Program-made: the position numbers and the translations under genes
Source: Acidobacteriaceae bacterium
GTDB taxonomy: Bacteria > Acidobacteriota > Terriglobia > Terriglobales > Acidobacteriaceae
DNA length: 64,000 nt
NCBI GenBank assembly: GCA_027452125.1
Contig: DAIDGZ010000082.1
Coordinates: forward strand, 26,828 to 90,827
Direction of reading: 5' to 3'
In this document: positions 1 to 7,639 of the stretch, piece by piece
How positions within the stretch are numbered: the first letter of the stretch is position 1
Layout: each line of letters opens with the position of its first letter
The notes under the pieces: generated by a model
The model's database searches: none
Seen by the model: only the letters and a program-made list of their open reading frames with translations
What the model was told of the DNA's origin: nothing

Positions 1-718
1 CCAGCCGCTTCAGGTAGAGCTCCGGCGCAATCCGCAGGAACAGGTCCATATCCAATGCGTTGTGGTGTGTCTTGAAGGGCCGTGCTGCTGCGCCGCCGGC
101 AATCTGCTGCATCATCGGCGTCTCTACTTCCAGGTAGCCGCGCTCGTCAAAGAAGCGGCGCAGCGCACGAAGTACGCGGGCGCGCTTCACAAAGACCTCG
201 CGACTCTCCAGGTTGGCAAACAGGTCCACGTAGCGCTGGCGATAGCGCAGCTCTACGTCGGCTAGGCCGTGATACTTCTCCGGCAGGGCAAGCATGGCCT
301 TGGCCAGGAATGTAAGCTCCTCTACGTGTATGGTTAGTTCACCAGTGCGGGTGCGGAACAGGTAGCCATGGATGCCGATGTGGTCGCCCAGGTCTAGCAA
401 TTTGTAAAGTGCAAAGCCCCGTTCGCCCACCGCATCCAGCCGGACATAGATTTGTAGCCGCTGCCCGCCCTGCTGCAGGGTGGCAAATCCCGCCTTACCC
501 TGGGCGCGGATAGCCATGATGCGCCCGGCCACAGCGACTTTTATGCGATCGGCATCGAGAACCTCTGCTGCGGTCTCATTCCAAGTGGCTCGCACCTGTG
601 GGATGGTGTGCGAGGCAGGGAACTGGTTGGGATAGGCTACCTGGCCCAGCTTTTCTATCTCTTCAAGCTTGGTCTTACGCAGATTAAAGAGATTGCGCTC
701 AAAATCAGAATCGAACAC
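1..718 (-). CDS. lysS: Lysine--tRNA ligase (class II), N-terminal part; runs off the window's left edge
   Basis: Manual translation: [72 protein letters not shown] start at 718 with AAGGA upstream. Missing from the ORF track because there is no stop inside the window. Confidence 0.95.
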   Translation of the reverse strand, partial: MFDSDFERNLFNLRKTKLEEIEKLGQVAYPNQFPASHTIPQVRATWNETAAEVLDADRIKVAVAGRIMAIRAQGKAGFATLQQGGQRLQIYVRLDAVGERGFALYKLLDLGDHIGIHGYLFRTRTGELTIHVEELTFLAKAMLALPEKYHGLADVELRYRQRYVDLFANLESREVFVKRARVLRALRRFFDERGYLEVETPMMQQIAGGAAARPFKTHHNALDMDLFLRIAPELYLKRL

Positions 719-872
719 GGCGTTTCCTTGAGGTGAAAGCGTTCTACGGTCCAACCCTCAGTATAGCGTTGGGCAGGGCCGGGGAAATGCTCCTCAGAAC
801 GACTCGCTGGATACGTATTCCTGACAACTTAATCGACACATCGAGAATCCAACCGGATTTGGGGGAGTAGCT

Positions 873-1394
873 ATGAAGCCTGGAATTGCCGCGCTGCTGT
901 TCGGCGGATTTCTGGTATTGGTTCATCCTGCGTGGGCTGCGCCTTGGCCGTCGTCTTGTGGGGATGCGCAGGTCAAATTCGAGGTGACCCGGCAAGCCCG
1001 CCCGCCCGCACCCGCACCTCCTGCGGCAGGCAAGGCACAGGTGATTTTCCTTGAGAATGAGCTTCAGCCAGTTGGTCCCTTTATGCACGCAACGGTGCGT
1101 TTTGGCTTGGACGGCTCTTGGGTTGGCGCCGACAATGGCACTTCCTACTTTGTCGCGGATATTGCGCCGGGCGTACATCACCTATGTACAAGTTGGCAGT
1201 CCTCGGTAGGATCACTCAAGAAAAATGTTCAGTTAGCTCTGTTCGACGCCGCTCCTGGGAAGGTCTATTACTTTGAAGCCCGGGTTGCTCCCTCGAAGTA
1301 CCTGGTCTTGTTTGATCTTTTTCAACTCAACGAAGATGAAGGTAAGTACATGGTTACGCTGGCTAAGCGGGCGACGTTCAAGGTGCAGCCCTAG
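873..1394 (+). CDS. Secreted DUF2846-like protein
   Basis: Signal peptide ending AWA; GKAQVIF..LDGSWVGA..SYFVADIAPGVHHL..GKVYYF pattern; GGGGAG RBS. Confidence 0.65.
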   Translation: MKPGIAALLFGGFLVLVHPAWAAPWPSSCGDAQVKFEVTRQARPPAPAPPAAGKAQVIFLENELQPVGPFMHATVRFGLDGSWVGADNGTSYFVADIAPGVHHLCTSWQSSVGSLKKNVQLALFDAAPGKVYYFEARVAPSKYLVLFDLFQLNEDEGKYMVTLAKRATFKVQP

Positions 1395-1418
1395 ATTGAA
1401 TCGTGTATAACCACGTTG

Positions 1419-1715
1419 ATGCCCTACTACGCGCCCATGCCGGAAAAGAATCCGCGCGGCAAGGCCGGCGGCGCGCTCAGCGCCCTGGTTGAAGCGGAAA
1501 AGCTCATGCAGATTGCGCTGCTGCTGCCCTCGGCCGCCTTTATCGGCTGGCTGTTTGGCGCTTGGTTGGGAGAAAAGCTCCACCAGCCGTGGTTGGGCAC
1601 GGCGGGCATCGTCTTCGGCGGCATTTCTGGATTGGTTTACGTGGTACGCATGGCTCTGGCCGCTATGGCCGCCACCCCCGAGGACGACGAGGACAACAAG
1701 GGTGGGGACGCATAA
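1419..1715 (+). CDS. atpZ: AtpZ/AtpI family F0F1 assembly protein (ATPase gene 1)
   Basis: Two TM helices (IGWLFGAWLGEKL..PWL..GIVFG); first gene of the F0 cluster. Confidence 0.8.
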   Translation: MPYYAPMPEKNPRGKAGGALSALVEAEKLMQIALLLPSAAFIGWLFGAWLGEKLHQPWLGTAGIVFGGISGLVYVVRMALAAMAATPEDDEDNKGGDA

Positions 1716-1803
1716 GATTCACCGGGTTGCACTTCTTCCGCGCCGGAATCTGCCTGGAACCGCTTCCTTCCTTTACTCTGGTGGAGGCACCAGAAACGAG
1801 ACC

Positions 1804-2217
1804 ATGACCGAAGAGACGCATCCGCTGGCGCGCCTGACCGATGAGCTATTGCAGTCCATGCTCCGCCGCGCCGTCCGCAACACATTGATTCTAGGCGTTG
1901 TAGCTTCGGCGGCGGTGGGGCTGGGCTCAGGTTGGCGCAGTGCAGCCATGCTAGCCGTCGGCATGCTGATCTCCGCTGCCAGCATCCTGGAGTGGAAACG
2001 GCTGGTGAGCTTCATCAACGCCAAAATGGACAAGCAACAGACGTCCCGGGGCGGGGTGCTGGCAGCCGTGTTCTTTGTGTGCAGACTCATCATCTTTGGG
2101 GCCGCAATTTATGGTAGCCTGAAGTGTCTCCGGGGTTCGCCAATCGCACTTGCCTGTGGGCTTGGCCTAGCCGCCGCGGCCATCCTGTGGGAGGCCATTG
2201 GGCTGCTCCGCGACTGA
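1804..2217 (+). CDS. atpI: ATP synthase subunit I
   Basis: About four TM helices, directly upstream of atpB; start trimmed to ATG 1804. Confidence 0.75.
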   Translation: MTEETHPLARLTDELLQSMLRRAVRNTLILGVVASAAVGLGSGWRSAAMLAVGMLISAASILEWKRLVSFINAKMDKQQTSRGGVLAAVFFVCRLIIFGAAIYGSLKCLRGSPIALACGLGLAAAAILWEAIGLLRD

Positions 2218-2263
2218 AAAATTCCCGGGCCATCGGCCCGGTGAGAGAAAGAACTAACGCTGC

Positions 2264-2998
2264 ATGTTCGAATCACTGGAAATGACACGCCTGCTGAATC
2301 ACTGGTTCGGGGCCGCCATCACCCAAGTCATGGCGCTGGTGGGCTATCACCCGCAGCATCCCGGCGCGCCTATTGACGACACCTTTGCTCTTGAACTGCT
2401 GGTGGCCTGCATTCTAGTAGCCTTCTTTCTGTTGGTGCGGCTAACCCTTTCAGTAGAGAAGCCCAACCCGGCGCAGCAGATCGCTGAAATGGTGCACGAA
2501 TTCACTGGCACTCAGGCCGACTCGGTGATGGGACACGATTACGAGCGTTTCCAGCCCTTCGTCACTTGTATTGCTCTTTTCGTTGTGCTGAATAACCTGC
2601 TAGGTCTGATTCCCGGTATTGTGACCCCCACCAGCAAGCCAATTGTGCCGTTGGGCATCGCGGTAGTCACCTTTCTGTACTACAACTTTCACGGTGTACG
2701 CGTGCACGGACCGCTGCGCTATGCCAAGCAGTTTGTGGGGCCGTTGCCGTGGCTGGCGCCGCTCATGGTTCCCATTGAGATTGTGTCGCACCTGGCGCGT
2801 ATGCTCTCGCTCACTGTCCGTCTCTACGCCAACATGCTGGCCAGCGATCTGCTGACCCTGGTGGCGTTCTCGATGGTGCCGCTGGCAGTGCCGGTGCTCC
2901 CCTTGGGCCTACACTTTGCCGTGTCGCTGATCCAGGCGTATGTGTTTATGCTGTTGGCCATGATCTATCTCTCCCAAGCGGTCTCGCATGACCACTAA
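2264..2998 (+). CDS. atpB: F0F1 ATP synthase subunit a
   Basis: NNLLGLIPG, EIVSHLARMLSLTVRLYANM (essential Arg), IQAYVFMLL. Confidence 0.97.
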   Translation: MFESLEMTRLLNHWFGAAITQVMALVGYHPQHPGAPIDDTFALELLVACILVAFFLLVRLTLSVEKPNPAQQIAEMVHEFTGTQADSVMGHDYERFQPFVTCIALFVVLNNLLGLIPGIVTPTSKPIVPLGIAVVTFLYYNFHGVRVHGPLRYAKQFVGPLPWLAPLMVPIEIVSHLARMLSLTVRLYANMLASDLLTLVAFSMVPLAVPVLPLGLHFAVSLIQAYVFMLLAMIYLSQAVSHDH

Positions 2999-3182
2999 AC
3001 AGGGAGTAGGAAGTCAGGTTTCAGTCGTCATTTAAGAGAATTTCTGCCGGAGAGCGCTTCCGCTCCGGAATCGACAGAATCGTCGCAAGCGTGAGGGGGC
3101 CAAAGGCATCAGACAGCATTGATGCCGGCACGGTGAGCCTCAACCACCCACTGGCGGCTAATTTTCAGGAAGTTGGAGAACT

Positions 3183-3485
3183 ATGAGGAAACTTCAGTAT
3201 TTGTTCATGACCTTGGCGGCGCTCTGCTTCGCCATTCCGGTTTTTGCGGCGGATGGCGGTTCGTCCATCGCCAGCTATGCGCCCATCGGCGCCGGCATCG
3301 GCATGGGCCTCGCGGCCGGCCTGTGCGGCATGGGCCAGGGACGCGCCGTGGCCTCGGCCACGGAGGCGCTGGCCCGCAATCCCGGAACCCGCGCCGGCAT
3401 CATGCTCTTCCTGGTGCTCGGTCTAGCCTTCATCGAGTCCCTCACCCTGTTCACCCTGGTCGTAATCTTCGCCAAGATCAGCTAG
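3183..3485 (+). CDS. atpE: F0F1 ATP synthase subunit c
   Basis: Gly-rich helix 1, ARNP loop, FIESL with the ion-binding Glu; GGAGA RBS. Confidence 0.97.
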   Translation: MRKLQYLFMTLAALCFAIPVFAADGGSSIASYAPIGAGIGMGLAAGLCGMGQGRAVASATEALARNPGTRAGIMLFLVLGLAFIESLTLFTLVVIFAKIS

Positions 3486-3504
3486 TCCAGGTTGCAGTAC
3501 CCTA

Positions 3505-3534
3505 AGCGGCCTCGTCCCTGTGGACGGGGCCGTT
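3505..3534 (+). terminator. Hairpin after atpE, probable terminator
   Basis: AGCGGCCTCGTCC-CTGT-GGACGGGGCCGTT between convergent genes. Confidence 0.6.
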
Positions 3535-3582
3535 GTCATTTGATGACAAAAACTAAGGGAATGGGGAACAAGGAATCGAGCA

Positions 3583-4479
3583 TTACCGGCTGGCGCTGGC
3601 CTGGCTGGAGCCATCATTACGCATCATCTTAATAGCCTCCATGTAGTTCAATCCGACTGGCAGCGGCCTGAAGTCCGACTCTTCCTGCATTGTGTCGAAG
3701 ACTTTAGTTTTGAAGAACACCCGCCCGGTCATGGACATCCGAAGGCGCACAATCCGCCAGCAGCCACCACTCACCTCGGACTGTTCGATTGACACCCAGC
3801 CCCCCTTGTTGAGGCGGCCTAGCAGTCCCCAGCCAAAGTTCACGTCCCGCTGCAAGCTGCCCTCCAGCCGAACTACGCGCTGGTGCGCCGTGTCAATCCA
3901 CAACTGGCCGGTCATGCCGGTCAGCACCTGGGTCTCCATGTCTGGCGGCTGATAAACCGGATTGGGCTTGAAGCTGAATCGCTCGATCTGTCCGTGGGAA
4001 GCTGGGGCCGGACCCGCATCCTGAAAGAGAAAGGCGTGGGGAAGCGCGCGCAGCACGTTCAGGGCTCGTGCCGCATCCTGCGTCTCGGCTTCCTGACGAT
4101 GGCGCTGTCGGCTAGGGTCGGCTAGCAGGGTATTGAGCCGGGTCTGTTCCTTCTGTTCCTCTGCGGGGCTCAGTGGCAGGCCGTTCACCGCCACCAGGCG
4201 GGCCACGGCGCCGTCGCGAGTCTCGTAGATGTACTTTGTGCTGGAGTAGCGCGGGCTGGATTTGAACAACTCATAACGCATGGGATGGCTGGTGTCCTGC
4301 GCGGCGCGCAACTCTGACTCGAGCGTCTGCTGGACATAGGCCTGCACCGTCTGGCCTCCTTGCCAAGTGGGCTGCGCCATGGCCGTGCCTGCGGCCAGCA
4401 GGCAGGCGAGCATCAGAGGCCGCGTCACGACACTTCGAACTGGCGTGGTCGTCTCCTGGCGCGGGCTGCTGTGTCTCAT
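3583..4479 (-). CDS. Conserved exported hypothetical protein (possibly LolA/MucB-like fold)
   Basis: 298-aa ORF with signal peptide (AMA-Q); FKPNP..MTGQLWID..RVVRLEG..VNFGWGLLG beta-rich pattern. Confidence 0.7.
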   Translation of the reverse strand: MRHSSPRQETTTPVRSVVTRPLMLACLLAAGTAMAQPTWQGGQTVQAYVQQTLESELRAAQDTSHPMRYELFKSSPRYSSTKYIYETRDGAVARLVAVNGLPLSPAEEQKEQTRLNTLLADPSRQRHRQEAETQDAARALNVLRALPHAFLFQDAGPAPASHGQIERFSFKPNPVYQPPDMETQVLTGMTGQLWIDTAHQRVVRLEGSLQRDVNFGWGLLGRLNKGGWVSIEQSEVSGGCWRIVRLRMSMTGRVFFKTKVFDTMQEESDFRPLPVGLNYMEAIKMMRNDGSSQASASR

Positions 4480-4593
4480 GCTTTATTAGACGCGGAGAAA
4501 GCTTTACGGATTCCCTGATTGAAGCCCCGCGCTCCCTTTGCGTATAGTGCGAACAGGGGCTTGTGCAACAGCCCGCGGAAGGAAACGACGAGC

Positions 4594-4977
4594 ATGCCGG
4601 TGGAGAATGTTCCCGCGCGCATTGGAAAAAGCGTGGTGATTTGCGGTGAAGTCAGGGGCAGCGAAGATCTGGTTGTAGATGGGCGCATCGAGGGGACGAT
4701 TACGCTGACGGAAAGTCGCCTGACGATTGGGCCAACCGCCAACGTCGCGGCCGATGTCTCGGCACGGGACGTGCTGGTGCTCGGTCACATTCAGGGCAAC
4801 GTGGCGGCCAGCGGACGTGTCGAGTTGCGGGCCGGTTGCGTGGTGGAGGGCGACATCCGGGCTCTGCGCCTAGTGGTGGAAGACAACGCCGTCTTCCGGG
4901 GCAAGGTGGACCTGACCCAGGCTGCCGCACGACCAGGGGAAAACCAGCCGCAACTGCAGTTGGGCAGCACTCTGTAA
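4594..4977 (+). CDS. Bactofilin (polymer-forming cytoskeletal protein)
   Basis: IGKSVVICGEV..DLVVDGRIEGTI..LTIG..G.IQGNV.A..RVEL...VEGDI...LVVEDNAVFRG beta-helix repeats. Confidence 0.93.
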   Translation: MPVENVPARIGKSVVICGEVRGSEDLVVDGRIEGTITLTESRLTIGPTANVAADVSARDVLVLGHIQGNVAASGRVELRAGCVVEGDIRALRLVVEDNAVFRGKVDLTQAAARPGENQPQLQLGSTL

Positions 4978-5038
4978 CAACCGAGCAGACGCTGGCCGGA
5001 ACTCGGCTGGCGCGGCTCCACAGGGAAGGAAACGGAAC

Positions 5039-5692
5039 TTGCTGGGCCGTATATTTGCCAAGAAGCAGGAGAGCGATGCGGCCTCGCCGGTCGCTGGCAC
5101 CACAGGGCCGCGTGTACCTCGCCATTCCGGAGGATGGGCAGTCCTGCGCAAACGACTGCGGGCAGAGTCTGGTCTCCGCATTCTTGATGTAGGCTTCACC
5201 TCACCCTCGAACATTAATTACCTTGCCGGACTGGGGCACAGCCTCTTTATGGCTGATCTGGATGCAGACGCCTGCACAGGCGACTGGCACCGTGGCGAGG
5301 ACGATGAGGGCAATCCCCTGTGGGATATAGATGGCTATCTGCAGCAGACCTTGGACTTCGCCGGACGCACCTTTGACATAGCCCTGATATGGACGGCGCT
5401 TGACTACCTGCCCGAACCCTTCGTCGTGCCAGTGGTCAACCATCTGCATGCTTCCATGAATCCCGGTGGGCAGTTGCTAGCCTTTTTTCACACCCGCACC
5501 CAGGGCGAGGAGACGGTGCGCTGCCGCTTCCACGTTACTGAAACCGACGATGTGGAGATGCAGTATGCCCAGCAGTTTCCCATCCAGCGCGCCTTTACCA
5601 ACCGCAGCATTGAGCGTCTCTTTGCTCAGTGGGCAGGACTCAAGCAGTTTCTGGCCAAGGACAATGTCTCCGAGGCCATCATCACGCGCTAG
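5039..5692 (+). CDS. Class I SAM-dependent methyltransferase-like protein
   Basis: RILDVG motif I (degenerate), FDIALIW, MNPGGQLL; TTG start. Confidence 0.7.
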   Translation: MLGRIFAKKQESDAASPVAGTTGPRVPRHSGGWAVLRKRLRAESGLRILDVGFTSPSNINYLAGLGHSLFMADLDADACTGDWHRGEDDEGNPLWDIDGYLQQTLDFAGRTFDIALIWTALDYLPEPFVVPVVNHLHASMNPGGQLLAFFHTRTQGEETVRCRFHVTETDDVEMQYAQQFPIQRAFTNRSIERLFAQWAGLKQFLAKDNVSEAIITR

Positions 5693-5704
5693 CGGGCTTC
5701 GCAC

Positions 5705-6751
5705 TCATTTCTGAGTAAACGGCAGCCACGGCTGAATTGCCACCAGGCTTTGGGGGTGCGCAGGCATCGCCCCGCCTGTGGGCTGGTCAGAGAAGCGGTG
5801 TCCCAGCTTGTGCTCATGGCAGACGGCGGCGACGATCTCGGCTACGCGCTTGCGGTACTCCGGCGTGGCAAAAGCGCTCTCCGCGTAGCGGCGCTGATAG
5901 GCCGCGACGTGTGCCGGAAAGTTCTCCTCAACGAAGCGGAAAAATGTGGGCTGCGAGCAGGGCTTGAGGAACAGCGCGCCAGCGGCCAAAAAGCTGGCAC
6001 CGGCCTCTGCGGCGGCTTTGCCCACGGCCGCGATGGAACTGCGCGTGTCGTTGATGCCCGGCATTAGCGGGGAACACAGGATGCCAGCGCGGATGCCAGC
6101 CTGGCGCAACCTTGCCAGCGTGCGGAGTCGCAGATCCGGGCGCGGTGCACGAGGCTCCAGCAAACGCGCCAGATGTGTATCGGTGGTGGTCACCGTGATG
6201 TGTATGGTGAGCGCGTTACTGGCAGCGACCTGCCGCAGCAGGTCCAGGTCGCGGGCGATCAGCGTGGATTTGGTGATCAGCCCCAGGCGCAGGCCGCTAT
6301 GTCGCGCAAAGACCTGCAGAAGGGAGCGAGTCACGCGATTGCGGCGCTCGATGGGCTGATAAGGATCGGTGGCCGTTCCGAAGGCAATCTCCGTGCCCGG
6401 CTTGATTGATCGCAACTCCTGCTCCAGCAGCCAGGCGGCATTCTGCTTGAAGTAGATTTTGTGCTCGAAGTCGGCGGGGTCGTGGAGTTCCAAAAACTCA
6501 TGGGTGTAGCGGGCGTAGCAGTAGCGGCAGGCAAACTCGCAGCCGCGATAGGGGTTGATGGCATGCGTGAAGGGTAGTCCTCGGCGCGAAGCAGTTCGGT
6601 TAAGAATAGAGCGCGAGACTAGCGGGCGGTACTCGGTGAGGCAGCCGGTGGAGTCGAGCGGCGCCTGCGCTGCGGCACGCGCCAGTCCGGAGAGCGCCGG
6701 GGTATCCTGCATGGGGAAGAGTGCAGGGGAAGCTGTCTTGTTTTTCGCCAT
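5705..6751 (-). CDS. Radical SAM protein, SplB-like (Rv2578c/PA0069 type)
   Basis: INPYRGCEFACRYCYAR (CxxxCxxC), GTATDPYQPIE, ITKS, LEPRAP. Confidence 0.93.
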   Translation of the reverse strand: MAKNKTASPALFPMQDTPALSGLARAAAQAPLDSTGCLTEYRPLVSRSILNRTASRRGLPFTHAINPYRGCEFACRYCYARYTHEFLELHDPADFEHKIYFKQNAAWLLEQELRSIKPGTEIAFGTATDPYQPIERRNRVTRSLLQVFARHSGLRLGLITKSTLIARDLDLLRQVAASNALTIHITVTTTDTHLARLLEPRAPRPDLRLRTLARLRQAGIRAGILCSPLMPGINDTRSSIAAVGKAAAEAGASFLAAGALFLKPCSQPTFFRFVEENFPAHVAAYQRRYAESAFATPEYRKRVAEIVAAVCHEHKLGHRFSDQPTGGAMPAHPQSLVAIQPWLPFTQK

Positions 6752-6798
6752 ATGTTCGCCTTAATGGAGAGCCTACTCTGGCTGCATTACAGCGTCAA
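6743..6798 (-). promoter_or_regulatory. Sigma70 promoter and putative LexA box of the radical SAM gene
   Basis: TTGACG(6798-6793)-N17-TAGGCT(6775-6770); TTTC-N7-GTTC at 6743-6757 overlapping the ATG. Confidence 0.65.
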
Positions 6799-6895
6799 GC
6801 GGCGATTGTTGACGGGATGGAACCAGGCTGCTTCACAGTATGTTCCCAGCAACCTCAAGCCCTTTAGCGTCATCAGTTTGTAGGAAAGGAATTGC

Positions 6896-7606
6896 ATGAG
6901 CTCACAAAAGCAAACCCGCATTACCTGGCTGGGGCACTCCACGCTTCTGATCCAGACCATCGCAGGGACCAATTTTCTTGTTGATCCCTTCATAGAGCAG
7001 AATCCCAAATATCCGAAAGACTTTACACTGCCTTCCAAAATTGACTACATCCTCTTGACCCACGGGCACTTTGACCACATCGCGGATGCTGCGCCGATGG
7101 CTAAAAAGCACGGCTCCAAGGTCGTCGCGATTTACGAGCTGGCCAACTATATCGCTGGCAAGGGCGTACGTGAGACGATCGGGATGAACCTGGGCGGTAC
7201 GGTGCAACTGGATGATGTGGCCGCGACTATGGTAGAAGCCCGGCACTCCGCCGGCGCGCAGGACGAGAACGGTGTGCATTATGTGGGCTGTGCTGCGGGC
7301 TATGTGCTCACCATCGCAAGCGGGCCCACTGTTTACCTGGCTGGGGATACTTCGGTGTTTGGCGATATGAAGCTAATTGGCGAGCTGTACCAGCCCAGCC
7401 TGGCAGTGCTGCCCATAGGCGACCACTTCACCATGGGCCCACGTCAGGCGGCAATTGCAGCCCGCTTTGTTGGCGTAACCACTGTGTTACCTGTGCACTG
7501 GGGGACCTTCCCCGCACTTAGCGGCACACCAGAGGAGACGGCGAAGCATGTTGGCGCCGGTGTTACCGTAGTGCATTGGAAGCCGGGCGAGGAAATCGTA
7601 TTTTAG
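6896..7606 (+). CDS. Metallo-beta-lactamase-fold hydrolase (UPF0173)
   Basis: WLGHS, THGHFDHI, YLAGDT, LPIGD.FTMGP, PVHWGTF. Confidence 0.92.
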   Translation: MSSQKQTRITWLGHSTLLIQTIAGTNFLVDPFIEQNPKYPKDFTLPSKIDYILLTHGHFDHIADAAPMAKKHGSKVVAIYELANYIAGKGVRETIGMNLGGTVQLDDVAATMVEARHSAGAQDENGVHYVGCAAGYVLTIASGPTVYLAGDTSVFGDMKLIGELYQPSLAVLPIGDHFTMGPRQAAIAARFVGVTTVLPVHWGTFPALSGTPEETAKHVGAGVTVVHWKPGEEIVF

Positions 7607-7639
7607 GCAGAACCGGACCGCCTGGCCGGTCTCTGCGCG

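Noticed and set aside
3553-3580. Short GGGAAT/GGGAAC/AGGAAT heptamer-like repeats
   Set aside because: Only about three degenerate units, which could be chance.
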